From contig OX597834.1 in NCBI GenBank assembly GCA_951406725.2, forward strand, positions 32,550,001 to 32,614,000: 64,000 nucleotides of DNA, read 5' to 3'. Positions 38,493-51,237 of the stretch are shown in pieces (within the stretch, counting starts at the first letter, position 1; each line of letters opens with the position of its first letter). This DNA is from Octopus vulgaris. Taxonomy: Eukaryota. The notes under the pieces were generated by a model, which did not search any database, was not told where the DNA came from, and saw only the letters and a program-made list of their open reading frames with translations. A program made the position numbers and the translations under genes.

Positions 38493-39899
38493 GTGACATG
38501 TCCTAAGACTAGAATATCCAATGTGTCGTTTCTTTTATTTCATTTGTTTTTCTTTGCAAATGCTTGTGTCTAAGTGGTTAGAGCATTCGGCTCAACAGCG
38601 TAAGGTCGTGAGTTCAATCCCAGACGGCGTATTGCGTCCTTGACTAAGGCTCTTTATTTCGTGTTGCTCCAATCCACTCAGCTGGACAAAATGAATTGTA
38701 TTTGTAATTCAAAGGGGCCAGCCTTGTCACATTGAATCTCCTTGAAGAACCCTATACTCTTTACTCTTTTACACTCTTTTACTTGTTTCAGTCATTTGAC
38801 TGTGGCCATGCTGGAGCACCACCTTTAGTTGAGCAAACCGACCCCGGGACTTATTCTTTGTAAGCCTAGTACTTATTCTATCGGTCTCTTTGGCCAAACC
38901 GCTAAGTGACAGGGACGTAAACACACCAGCATCGGTTATCAAGCAATGCTAGGGGGACAAACACAGACACACAAACATATACACACACATACATATATAT
39001 ATACATATATACAACAGGCTTCTTTCAGTTTCCATCTACCAAATCCACTCACAAGGCATTGGTCGGCCCGGGGCTATAGCAGAAGACACTTGCCTAAAGT
39101 GCCACGCAGTGGGACTGAACTCAGAACCATGTGGTTGGTAAGCAAGCTACTTACCACACAGCCACTCCTGCGCCTATGTGAAAAGTATGCGTGTCTGTGG
39201 AATACTCAACCACTTACTTGTTAATTTCACAAGCAGGCTGTTCTGTTGATTGGATTATCTTTGGGTGTTTGTTGTCATAACTGACAGAATGCCACCAGTA
39301 TGTAGTATTTCCCTTTTCTTTAACCCTTTTGATACCAACCTGCCTGAAACTGACCCCTGGTTCTGTCATGAACTTCATGTTACAAACTGATCCAAGTTGA
39401 AAATCTTCAACTGAAATTCCATGTAAATTTCTGTCCCAAACAACAGCTTAATGACAACCAAGTTATTTTACGAAACCTTTCACAGGCATGGCTGTGTGGT
39501 TATAAAGCTTGTTTTACAACCACATGGCTTCAGGTTCAGTCCCATTGTACAGCACCTTGGGAAAATGTCTTCTGTAGTCTCAGCCTGACAAATGCCTCAC
39601 GAGTGATCCAACAGCCCTTTCTCTTTCTCTCTCTCTCTTTCTGGCTCATTGGTTGTTTCAGATGTATATCTCTAGAAGGAGGGGAGACCCAAGATTGTGT
39701 GGCTAGACTACCTACATTGATTGATTAGGTGACTGATTGATTGATTAGGTGACCATATGGTTTCTATGAAGCACTTCATTCCCCCACCCTCCCCACCTCA
39801 ACTGTCCTAGAAAAAAAATCAACACAAGGTCAAGGTTTAGGCTACTGGCAAGTGTTGTTTTAGGAAAGAACCTACCAAGATTAAGGTCCATCTTATAAG

Positions 39900-40530
39900 T
39901 TCATCCATCACAGGGTCCAGCCCTTGTTGTGGATTGATGGCTTGTGTGCCCCAATGACCCTGAGAGCAATTCCAGTGGAGGGCAAGCTTCAGGCAGGGTC
40001 TCTTATGCTGGACAGGTCAAAGGATAAAGGCCAGATTAATATGGACAATCTCTTCCCAGAGGTAAAAATGGGATTGCATGGGGCCAACACCTATACCCAG
40101 AAAAAATGCAAAGTTACAGAAGCATTGATGACAATTTAACCCTTTGGCATTTAAACTGATCATATCCGGCCCAAATATTCCATCCACTTTATGTTCAAAC
40201 TGGCCAGCTCTGACCTCTCACACCTAGCCTGTAATGTCATTCTAATAATAAAACAATCACGTCTTTGAACTCTCAAAACTACAAGGTAATATATGATGAA
40301 TCTTAAAAAGGCCTTTCTTCAAGGAAATATATGACATGTCAGGCCCTGACCTGGATCCCATAAGGGATTCAGAAGAGAGCATGGCCTAAAGATAGCTGGA
40401 AATGTGATACTGAGGTAGAGATGAAAAGGCCGGGGTCCAACTGGAGAGAAAAGACAGCCCAGAGTTAAAAACAGAGAATAGAAAAAGGTCAGTGATAGCC
40501 TATGTTCCATAGGAAGTGAAGGGTTTAAGC
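39900..40530 (+). mobile_element. Degenerate RTE-derived element: 5'-UTR-like head plus ORF 3' end, split by a MITE
   Basis: 40320-40520 reads roughly CQALTWIP.G...PKDSW...SLCSIGSEG, an RTE C-terminus pattern. 39915-40135 resembles RTE 5' leaders (ccttgttgtgg...ggcttgtgtgccccaatgaccctgagagc). Confidence 0.5.
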
Positions 40531-40887
40531 AAGTATATGTATCTGTGGAGTACTCAGCCACTTAGGGAATGTCACTTGATCAAATAATTGGACACACAAG
40601 AAAGCCCACCATACGTTCACTTGTGTGTGCATGTGTGGGCGTCTGTATGTGCAGTGTGTTTCAACAATTTTTTGTTTGAGACTTGAAATCTGAAATCAAA
40701 TTCAATCCATATATATATATTTTCCTTTGGGGCTGGCCAGATCAGAGCAATCTCAAGATTAATCAGCCGAAATTGCGAGGATGATCCGGTTCTTGACTGA
40801 AGATTGAAGGCTTCGAATGTCCCGTCCGTGTTTTTTGTATCGTCTTCTAAATGTTTTGCGTTCTTGTCCCAGTTTGTATCTTTTTAC

Positions 40888-40922
<35 letters not shown>

Positions 40923-40926
<4 letters not shown>

Positions 40927-41053
40927 ACAAAATTTTATATCTTGGACATAGAGTTACCCAAGATATAGAGTCTGACAAACTGTCCACAAGGCTTTGCTTT
41001 GTGGATGCAAAACCTTGGGTCACTCTATGTCCAAGATATAAAATTTTGTTGTA
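40923..41053. mobile_element. 131-bp fold-back MITE with TA ends
   Basis: 40-bp inverted arms 40923-40962 and 41014-41053 match at 39/40. Confidence 0.75.
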
Positions 41054-41117
41054 ACAATTACTGCTCTATTCTTCAGAGTATGCTTCTTTTCTGATATATG
41101 TTTATTTATTAACTCTA

Positions 41118-41155
<38 letters not shown>

Positions 41156-41182
41156 CATGTGTGTGTGTGTGTGTGTGTGTGT

Positions 41183-41912
41183 GAGGGGGTGCAGAAAAGC
41201 TCCAGGTTTGGGTAAAAGAAAATACAGGAGGATTGGTCAATTATGATTTTATTCAACATATTCCCCTCTCAGGTTCACACCCTTCTTGCAGTGGTCCTTC
41301 AGTTTTTCTAAGCCCTGTAAAACTCAAAATATTGGGCCTCCAACCAGGCCTTTCACGATAACCTTGGTGATCTCATTCTCGCTCACAACATCATAAATGG
41401 AAAGTGTAACCTCTCGAAAGAGCTGTTCTTCACTCCTGCTCCAGAGCGTCGGCTGCGGGGTCATTCCGAAAAGCTCTACCTGTGACAATTTCATCTCAAT
41501 CGAAGGAGAGGGGCTTTCTCCGTCCGGGTTGCGGATCCGTGGTACAAGCTGCCAGATGAGATGGTGAAGATGCCGACGACCGCTTTGTTCAAAGTCTCTC
41601 TTGACCTCAAGTGGCCTGAACTCTTTACATGAACACCACCCTGTACTTAACTCCATGTCCCCCTACATGGCCTTGCTTTTTGCTTTTGAGCCAAAAAATT
41701 AACTAACTAACTAACTAACTAACCTTAGAGCCAGGAACTTTTCAGCATCCCAGGAGGATCGGTCAATTATGATTTTACTCAACATATTTCCCTCTTAGAT
41801 TTACACACTTATTGCAGAGGTCCTTCAGTTTTTCTATGCCCTGTGAAAGAACTCGAAAGGTTGGGCCTTTCGCAATAACCTTAGAGCCAAGAACTTCCAA
41901 GCACCCCTTCAT
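41183..41912. mobile_element. mariner-type MITE, partly duplicated and interrupted by a CR1 fragment
   Basis: Termini gagggggtgcagaaaagctcc / ggaacttttcagcatccc and gaacttccaagcacccc. The internal block caggaggat(t/c)ggtcaattatgatttta occurs twice. Confidence 0.6.
41366..41719 (+). mobile_element. CR1-clade LINE 3' fragment
   Basis: GDLILAHNIINGK...LRGHSEKLYL*...FSVRVADPWYKLP...FKVSLD with an in-frame stop. (CTAA)n tail and 7-bp TSD TAACCTT (41359-41365, 41720-41726). Confidence 0.85.
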
Positions 41913-42189
41913 ATATATATATATATATAAATTTGATTGTGACCCCAGTATTGTGTGCTTTCAGCAGTAAATGTCCCCTATTATTTATTACTTTAAGACC
42001 TTAACATCGAAGTGTATTTTTGTTGTTTGTGTGTACACAAACTTTCATCTATAAGTACATATGACTCGATCTAGGCTAAATATCAACCTGCGTGTATGTG
42101 TGTGTGTGTATACATACACAACATGCATGTGCATAATCTCATATCTATATTTATTTATCTATCTGTCAGTCTGTCTTTAAATATTCACA

Positions 42190-42682
42190 TATGATAGCAA
42201 TAATTTTATACACATATATACACACACACACACACACATATATACACACATCTATATATATACACACACACACATGAACATATATGTATTCTCATACATA
42301 CATACACACATATATGATAGCAATAATTTTATACATATATAAACACACACATATATACACAAACACACACATGAACATATATATACATATATACATACAT
42401 ATATATTCTCATACATACATAGACACATATACGATAGCAATAATTTTATACATATACACACACATACACACATATATACACAAGCACACACATGAACATA
42501 TATATACATATATACATACATACATACATATATGATAGCAATATTTTTATACATATATATACACACACACAAATATACACACACACATATATACACACAA
42601 ACACACACATGAACATATATATACATACATATACACACACATGATAGCAAATATTTTATACACACACCCACACACAGACATG

Positions 42683-42713
<31 letters not shown>

Positions 42714-42750
42714 TTATATATATATATATACATACACACACACATATATA
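42190..42750. repeat. Complex ~110-bp tandem repeat built on CA/TA microsatellite
   Basis: The anchor gatagcaa(t)a.tttta occurs five times (about 42193, 42316, 42433, 42534, 42643). Confidence 0.8.
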
Positions 42751-43539
42751 AATGTTTTCTTCCTACAGTACATGTGACTTTGTATGTGTGTGTGTGTGTG
42801 TATATATATTTGTACACATACACACCCAAGAACCATTTTACTTGTCTCTCTGTATTGTTAGTGTCTATTGATTTTCCTGCTTGTCATTTTAATGGAGGTT
42901 TCTTTTGCAACATATTTTTGTAAACATTCATACATACAAACACGCACACACACAAAACATACCCTGACACACAGACATATGCAAACATAATTACATTCCC
43001 ACTCATTTCTACACCCCCGTATTAAACACACAGACATAAAAAAACCCCCCAGATTGATAGATAGATATATATACAAATTTAATTACGTTTACGTTTATTT
43101 ATACACCCTCACATTAAGCATACACATATATATATATGTATACATGTGTGTATATATATCATCATCATCATCATCATCATCATCATCGTTTAACGTCCGT
43201 TTTCTGCGCTAGCACGGGTTGGACGGTTTGACTGGGGTCTGGGAAGCCAGGGGCTGCTCCAGGCTCCAGTCTGATCTGGCAGAGTTTCTACGGCTGGATG
43301 CCCTTCCTAACGCCAACCACTCCGCGAGTGTAGTGGGTGCTTTTTACGTGCCACCTGCACAGGTGCCAGGGGGGATCCGGCATCGGCCACGATCGGTTGG
43401 AGCTTTTAACGTGCCAGCGGCATGGAAGCCAGCCAAGGCGGCGCTGGCAACGTTCGGATGGTGCTTTTTATGTGCCACCGGCACAGAAGCCAATCGGAGC
43501 GGCACTGGCATCGGCCACATTCGTAAAAAGTTGTGCCCC

Positions 43540-43655
<116 letters not shown>

Positions 43656-44390
43656 ATGTCCACCTAGAGGTCATCCCTCCTATATGTATATATATAGGTG
43701 CAGGAGTGGCTGTGTGGTAAGTAGCTTGCATACCAACCACATGGTTCCAGGTTCAGTCCCACTGTGTCGCACCCTGGGCAAATGTCTTCAACTATAGCCT
43801 CGGGCTGACCAATGCCTTGTGAGTAGATTTGGTAGACGGAAACTGAAAGAAGCCTGTTGTATATATATGTATGTATGTATGCATGTGTGGGTTTGTCCCC
43901 CACCAACATCACTTGACAACTGATGTTGGTGTGTTTACATCTCCGTGACTTAGCAGTCCGGCAAAAAGAGATCGATAGAATAAGTACTAGGCTTACAAAG
44001 AACAAGTCCTTTGCTCAACTAAAAGTGGGGCTCCAGCATGGCCACAGCCAAATGACTGAAACAAAAAAAATAAAACAACAGAATATATATGTAGATGTAT
44101 TTCTATGTATCTAATAAATGTACATATATATATATCTATCTATATCTACATCTATATCTATATATATATATAACCCACAAGAGACAGAGAAAGGCAGAGA
44201 CAAGGAAAATGCCACTTATATTTGAACACTATACAAATATTCTTTTAAAAAAACTTTTCTTTTAATTTTTCTAAATTTAATTAATTGTTACAGTTGAAAA
44301 GGTCTCAATGACTGAAATGACTGAAATGTTCTTTATAAAATTATTTTAGCATTTTCTATCCTGACTGTTTTTTCCTATATATATATATAT

Positions 44391-44797
44391 AGGCGCAGAA
44401 GTGGCTGTGTGGTAAGTAGCTTGCTTACCAACCACATGGTTCTGGGTTCAGTCCCACTGTGTGGCATCTTGGGCAAGTGTCTTCTGCTATAGCCTCGGGC
44501 TGACCAATGCCTTGCGAGTAGATTTGGTAGATGGAAACTGAAAGAAGCCCGTCGTATATATGTATATATATATAAGTGTGTGTGTGTATGTGTTTGTGTG
44601 TCTGTGTTTGTCCCCCTAGCATTGCTTGACAACCGATGCTGGTGTGTTTACGTTCCCGTCACTTAGCAGTTCGGCAAAAGAGACTGATAGAATAAGTACT
44701 GGGCTTACAAAGAATAAGTCCCGGGGTCGATTTGCTCGACTAAAGGCGGTGCTCCAGCATGGCCGCAGTCAAATGACTGAAACAAGTAAAAGAGAGT
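44391..44797 (+). mobile_element. tRNA-derived SINE family B, full length
   Basis: Head tggctgtgtggtaag / gggttcagtccca, a CORE-like cttgggcaagtg, an internal (TA/TG)n, and tail ...gactgaaacaagtaaaagag. More than 10 copies in the window, including 43696-44075 and 62567-62875. Confidence 0.9.
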
Positions 44798-45018
44798 AAT
44801 ATATATATGTATATATATGTATATATATATATATATAGATATATATAGATATATATATATATATACGTGCACACAGAAACATAGACACCCACATACAAGT
44901 GTGTATAGACACAGGTTATTCTAGTTTTATATAGAAACATCTCCTTTCTGAATTTCAAAATATAATGAAATTCTTCTTTTTGTAGTGAGCAAAGTATGGC
45001 TCCTTTAGCACACCCAAT

Positions 45019-45050
<32 letters not shown>

Positions 45051-45372
45051 TACCAAAGGTCACTTCATTCCGACCCCCCTCCTCCTCACCCTTTGCCTCT
45101 TCTTGCTGCCTACTCTGGAACCTGTGGCTGCTGCTGCTGCTGCTGCTGCCATAGACAGTCAACCTGTCATGCTACCAGCATTCCACCCCTCCCCCTATCT
45201 CCCGCCCGCCACCCTCCTCCCACTCTCCAGGCTCTACCATCACAGAGCTATCTATGACCAACCACCTGAGGGCACAGTGAAAAGATCAATCATAACTCAC
45301 AAAGCAACCCCTTGCACAGGGATCCTTTTTCCACCTCCACCCCCCTCCTCTCTCTCTCTTCTTACTATAATA

Positions 45373-45408
<36 letters not shown>

Positions 45409-45574
45409 GTGTGTGTTGTGTGTGTTGTGTTTGTGTGAGACTTATTTCCTCAGGTGAGAAGGAGGTGAGGAGGGTTGACCATGTCACCTGCAGGTTTAAC
45501 AATAGAGAGGAGGTGTATGGGGATGCGGGAGTAAAAGGGGAGGAGAGAATGTGAAGGCTCAGAGAGGAATGAAG

Positions 45575-45647
<73 letters not shown>

Positions 45648-45728
45648 TGGAACTGGAAAATCCCAGCCACCATTCAGCACCAATGTTTCTAAAGAAATGA
45701 ATAACCTTGCAAAATGTGCCAAACATTA

Positions 45729-45817
45729 CCACCACCACCACCACCACCACCACCACCACCACCACCACCACCACCACCACCACCATCACCACCTGTTAGT
45801 GGTAGAGGATAAAGAAC

Positions 45818-45860
<43 letters not shown>

Positions 45861-46029
45861 GCCATCATCAACAATAAACTCTAACTAATCAAGCTTCTTA
45901 GGTCCAGCTTTGTCCTATTTAGGTCACACTGCTTCCACCATTAACACCACCACCACCACCACCACCACCACCACCACCACCACCACCACCATCACCACCA
46001 CCACCTGTTAGTGGTAGAGGATAAAGAAC

Positions 46030-46066
<37 letters not shown>

Positions 46067-46345
46067 GCCATCATCAACAATAAACTCTAACTAATCAAGC
46101 TTCTTAGGTCCAGCTTTGTCCTATTTAGGTCACACTGCTTCCACCATTAACACCACCACCACCACCACCACCACCACCACCATCACCACCACCACCTGTT
46201 AGTGGTAGAGGATAAAGAACCATCATCATCATCATCATCATCATCATCGCCATCATCAACAATAAACTCTAACTAATCAAGCTTCTTAGGTCCAGCTTTG
46301 TCCTATTTAGGTCACACTGCTTCCACCATTAACACCACCACCACC
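45729..46345. repeat. Three tandem copies of a ~200-bp unit containing (CAC)n and (CAT)n
   Basis: The unique parts (ctgttagtggtagaggataaagaac; aacaataaactctaact...ccattaacacc) are identical in the three copies. Only the microsatellite lengths differ. Confidence 0.9.
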
Positions 46346-47131
46346 ATCAATATTACCACCTCACCCTCATGCCCCCCCGGCATCATTAATACCACCACCA
46401 CCACCATGCTCATTGTAGTTGTCTTAATGTCCACTTTCTGATGCATGCAATAAAAACAGAAGGATTTTGTCGGGACAAACTTCCCATAGCTGGATGCCCT
46501 TTCCTGATGCCAAACCTTCACTGGTTTCCAAGCTCCATGATAACGATATTTCCTTATATCGGAACATGTTTCCATAAATGACCATGGGATTGCACCTAGA
46601 GAGTTCCCCTCCAAGGCACAAGTCCAGGCAAGGTTGTTTATGGAAGACCAGAAGTTGTCCATGCATGCCAGCCTCCCCTCTCCACACCACAGATGTTGTC
46701 CAAGGGAAAGGCAAAGGGGGCCGATACAGCTTGGCACCAGTGACATCACAACTGATGCGACATGAAATAAAGTGTCTTGCTCAAGAACACAGCACACAGC
46801 CCGGTCTGGGATTTGAACTACACAACCTCATGATTGTGAGCCCAACACTTGCTGTACAAATAACAGAGACCCTGAAAAAGTTTTTGCCCTTGCCATCTGA
46901 GCAGCTAGTATTTCACAAAATGGGTGTGTCTATAATGAAACCCTTTATAGGTATGCTAACCCCATCTGCCATCGTAATTTTATTCATGGGAATTTAGGCT
47001 CTGAAATACTTGTCACCACCCACAACAGACACACAAAGGAACATTCAGAGAGGACTATCAAATAATCTCTCTCAAACTTCAACTGTTCCTCATATTATTG
47101 TTGGTGTTGTTGATTTTGTAATTTTCAATGA

Positions 47132-47166
<35 letters not shown>

Positions 47167-47776
47167 CATGGTCCTCTGAGAAAATTCATAAGCCACTTTG
47201 GTGGAAGCCTGTATAAAATACAATTATCACTTGTTGAGCAAGGTTCTACATAGCTTGCCTGGCCTGCTAGAAAGAGCAGCTAAATCTCCCTCAAAAGCTA
47301 CACACCAAATCTCTTGGAAAAGAAACACACAAGCATGCAGATATGTTATGGTTTTCTGATTTTTTTTTTACTTCTATTCATTTATAATTGTTGACCAACT
47401 GGGAGGCAATTTCAGATGACTACCACCACTCTATCTCCACCAAATTTCTGGCTTTGGGTTCAAACTCCACTGTGGTCTTTCGGGTTTAATAAGTTCTTGT
47501 GGAAAATTGGGGTTGATGTTATTGATTTACTGATTCCTTTAGAATTGCTGGCCTTGTGTCATAATTCAAACCATTGTTGTTGTTATTATTAAGGTGGCGA
47601 GCTGGCAGAATGGTTAGCATGCCAGGCAAAATGCTTAGCAGCACTTCATCTGCCTTTATGTTCTGAGTTCAAATTTCGCCCCGAGGTTGACTTTACCATC
47701 TCATCCTTTTCGAAGTAGATGGAATAAGTACCAGTAAAATACTGGGGTCAAAATCTCAGGCCTTGTGCCTATAGTA

Positions 47777-47808
<32 letters not shown>

Positions 47809-47944
47809 GTTTTTTCCTTCTTCAAATTTTCTTCCGTTTCTTGCCGAGTGTTTTCAGTGCTCTTCTCAGTACATGAGCCGTTCCAGTTAATACGATTTTT
47901 TGCACTTCCTGTAGGGATGGTAAGCCTGGAATCATTTTCAAATG
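47809..47944 (-). mobile_element. Second R4/Dong-like 3' fragment, different subfamily
   Basis: HLKMIPGLPSLQEVQKIVLTGTAHVLRRAL aligns with TPGLTNTYNIQKIALLGTAHILRRTL of the 14658 element. Flanked by (TTA)n. Confidence 0.75.
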
Positions 47945-47962
47945 ATTATTGAAATAATAATG

Positions 47963-48006
<44 letters not shown>

Positions 48007-50312
48007 AATGGTGAACTGGCAGAATCGTTAACGTGCTGGGCAAAATGCCGCTAAGCACTTTGCCTGTCGCAATGTTCTGAGTTCAAATTCTTTCGAGGTC
48101 AACTTTGTCCTTAAACCTTTTGGGGGTCAGTAAATTAAGTACCAGTGATGCACTGGGGATCAATATCATCAACTAGTCCACTACCCCCAAATTTCAGGCC
48201 TTGTGCCTTTAACAGAAAGGATGATGATGATGATGATGATGATGATGGTGATGGTGATAATGATGATTATTATTATTATTATTATTATAATAAAGGTGGT
48301 GAGCTGGCAGAATCGTTAGCACACCGGGCAAAATGCTTAACGGTATTTATCATCTTTATGATCTGTGTTCAAATTCCACTGAGGTGGACTTTGCCTTTCA
48401 TCTTTTCAAGGCTAATGAAATAAGTATCAGTTATACACCAGGGCTGATATAATCGATCAGTCCCTGCCCCAAAATTTCAAGCCTCGTGCTTTTAGTAGAA
48501 AGGGTTATTATTATTATTATTATACTTTTGTGGGGTTCTATATTAAAATTATAGTGCCGTCAGCTAATGTCTTTTTTTGTTCTAATTGTATTCCGTGTCG
48601 TGTATTACAATGAATAGCGGTGGCTCTCAGTTGTAAATGTATGGTGAACCAATGAGAAAGTATGATAGCTTGTGTATGTGTATGTGTGTATGTATGGAAA
48701 AGAGAGAGAGAGAGAGAATAGTGAGGTGGTGATGATGGTGGTGGTGGTGGTGGTGATACTGATGGTGTTGGTGGTGATGGTGATGATGGTAAGGAAATGG
48801 TAATTATAAGAAACCGCCCCCTCCTTCCTTCCACCCCCACCTCCCCGCATACCATCCACCCAATCAGTCGACCATCCAACCCTCAGGTAGTTGGCAGCCA
48901 ATTTCGCAGTGCTGGGTGCTTCGTTAAGCTGTCCAATAACAATCAGCTAATTAGCCGACCATCACAGCAATTATTACTGCAACTCTGTAGAACGGAACAC
49001 TAATTAGGCATCTGTCACAGGGAGTCACCTGTAGCCAAGTAGGGTGGGCGGGAGGAGATGAGCAGGCGGGGGGGGGGAGATGGTGCGGGCGGGAATGGCA
49101 AAGATGGCTCAGAGTGATGGTGGTTGTAGAGATGGTTGGAGGTGGCAGCGAAGATGGATGGTGACGGAGGTGGTGGTGATGATTATTATGGTGGTAGCGG
49201 TGGTGATGATGATGATAAAGATAGTGGTGGTGGTGGTGGTGATGGTGAAAGTGATAGCCGAATGTAGTAGTCAATGTGACATTGATTGTAGTGGAGGTGA
49301 TGCTGCTGCTGTTGGTGGTGGTGGTGGTGGTAGTGGTAGCCATGACGATGACAGTAGTGGTGATGGCAGTGATGAGGGTGATGGTTGTTGTTGCTGTTGT
49401 CGTGGTTACAGAAATCTTGGCAGCAATGAACCGATGCTTATGACTGTTACTTCATAACCCTCAGGTCATGCTCTGACCCGGCAGTCAACCAAACAACAAG
49501 GTACCATCCCCTCCCCTGGGGTCGAATTCCCCAGTTATATCCTCTCCCCCACTGTGCACCAAACTGCACACCCTGACATGCACTAATGAACCCTACACAA
49601 TGCAACGTAACAGCCCAGACACACTGCACTCTCTCCACTGTATTTCTGCAATGCCCATTAGATTATAGTTATGGCCACAAGAGAGAGAGAGAGACAAGGT
49701 GGACTTGGCCACAAGACCACATGGTCACAGTTGCTGTCCTTCTTTATTTCCTTTTGGGGGTTAGTAGAGGTTATTGAGGTTACAGCTATTTCTTTGTGTG
49801 TGTTTGTATGCATTCCTTATGTTTTATCTGGACCAAGTGGGAGAGGCAGGGCTTTAACAACCCTCTTATAGTAATCCTTTCTACTAAAGATACAAGGCCT
49901 GAAATTTGCGGGGAGGGGACAAGTCAATTATATCAACCCCAGTGTTTCACTGGTACTTAATTTATAAACTCTGAAAGGATGAAAGGCAAAGTCGACCTCG
50001 GTGCAATTTGAACTCAGATCATAGTGACATGCGAAACACTACTAAGCATTTTGTCCAGTGGGCCAACGATTCTGTGAGCTTGCCACCTTGAACATTCTTA
50101 TAATAATGCTCAGAGAGTGTTGTATATGTGTCGGACTGTTCAAAGATTGATTTTCATGTAATGACAGAAACTGTGAGGGTTAATGTTTATCTCCTGTGTC
50201 TGGATAATAAAAAGATAATTTTTTTTTAGAGAAATAATTCTTTGTTTTTGCCTTTTGGTAGAATGTTGTTGTTGTATGGAATGAGAGGTTTGAGGAGAGA
50301 ATGACAAGCAAG

Positions 50313-50344
<32 letters not shown>

Positions 50345-50349
50345 AATTT

Positions 50350-51059
50350 ATCAACTATGGTGTGCAAGAGAGACGACTGTGCTGGTATGGTCATGTGATG
50401 CATATGGACGAGGACAGCTCTATAAAGAAGTGCTGATCCCTAACTGTGGAGGGAACCTGTGGTAGGGTTAGACCTAGGAAGACATGGGATGAAGTGATGA
50501 AGCATGATCTTCGAACTTTGAGCATCACAGAGGCAATGACTAGTGACCGAGACCTTTAGTGATACGCTGTGCTTGAGAAGAAGACCTGTGAAGCCAAGTG
50601 AAATCATAGACATGGCTGATGTTGGTGTCACATAAATGGCACCCACGCTAGTGGCACATAGAGAGCACCTTTCGAGTATTGGGCCCCATCGAAGCAAAGT
50701 GGCTGATGCTGGTGGCATGTGGAAAGCTCCTTTCGAGCGATGGGCTTCACAGAGGCAATGATGAATGACTGAGCCCTTTGGGGTTACGTGATGCTTGAGA
50801 AGAAGACCCATCAAGCCAAATGGAATTGCAATCACAACAGATACTGGTATCACGCAAATAGAGCCCATGGTGGTGGCACGTAAAAGCACCCACTACAATC
50901 TTGGAGTGGTTGGCATTAGGAAGGGCATCAGGCTGTAGAAATCGTGCCAAATCAGACTAGATTTTGGTACAGCCTTGCAGCTTGCTGGCCCTGGTCAAAC
51001 TGTCCCATGGATGCTAGATGATGATGATGATGATGATAATGATGATGATGATGGTGATG

Positions 51060-51091
<32 letters not shown>

Positions 51092-51204
51092 GATGATGGT
51101 GATGATAATGATGATGATGATGGTGATGATGGTGATGATGATGATAATGATGATGATGGTGATGATGATGATGATGTTGATGATGATGATAATGATGATG
51201 ATGG

Positions 51205-51235
<31 letters not shown>

Positions 51236-51237
51236 GA
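50350..51237 (+). mobile_element. RTE-clade LINE, 5'-truncated: ORF end, 3' UTR and long (GAT)n tail
   Basis: VQERRLCWYGHVMHMDEDS..KKC*SLTVEGTCGRVRPRKTWDEVMKHDL...MTSDRDL fits the RTE C-terminal pattern RL.W.GHV.R...GRP...W...D. It has stops. (GAT)n runs from 51018 to 51237. Confidence 0.85.
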
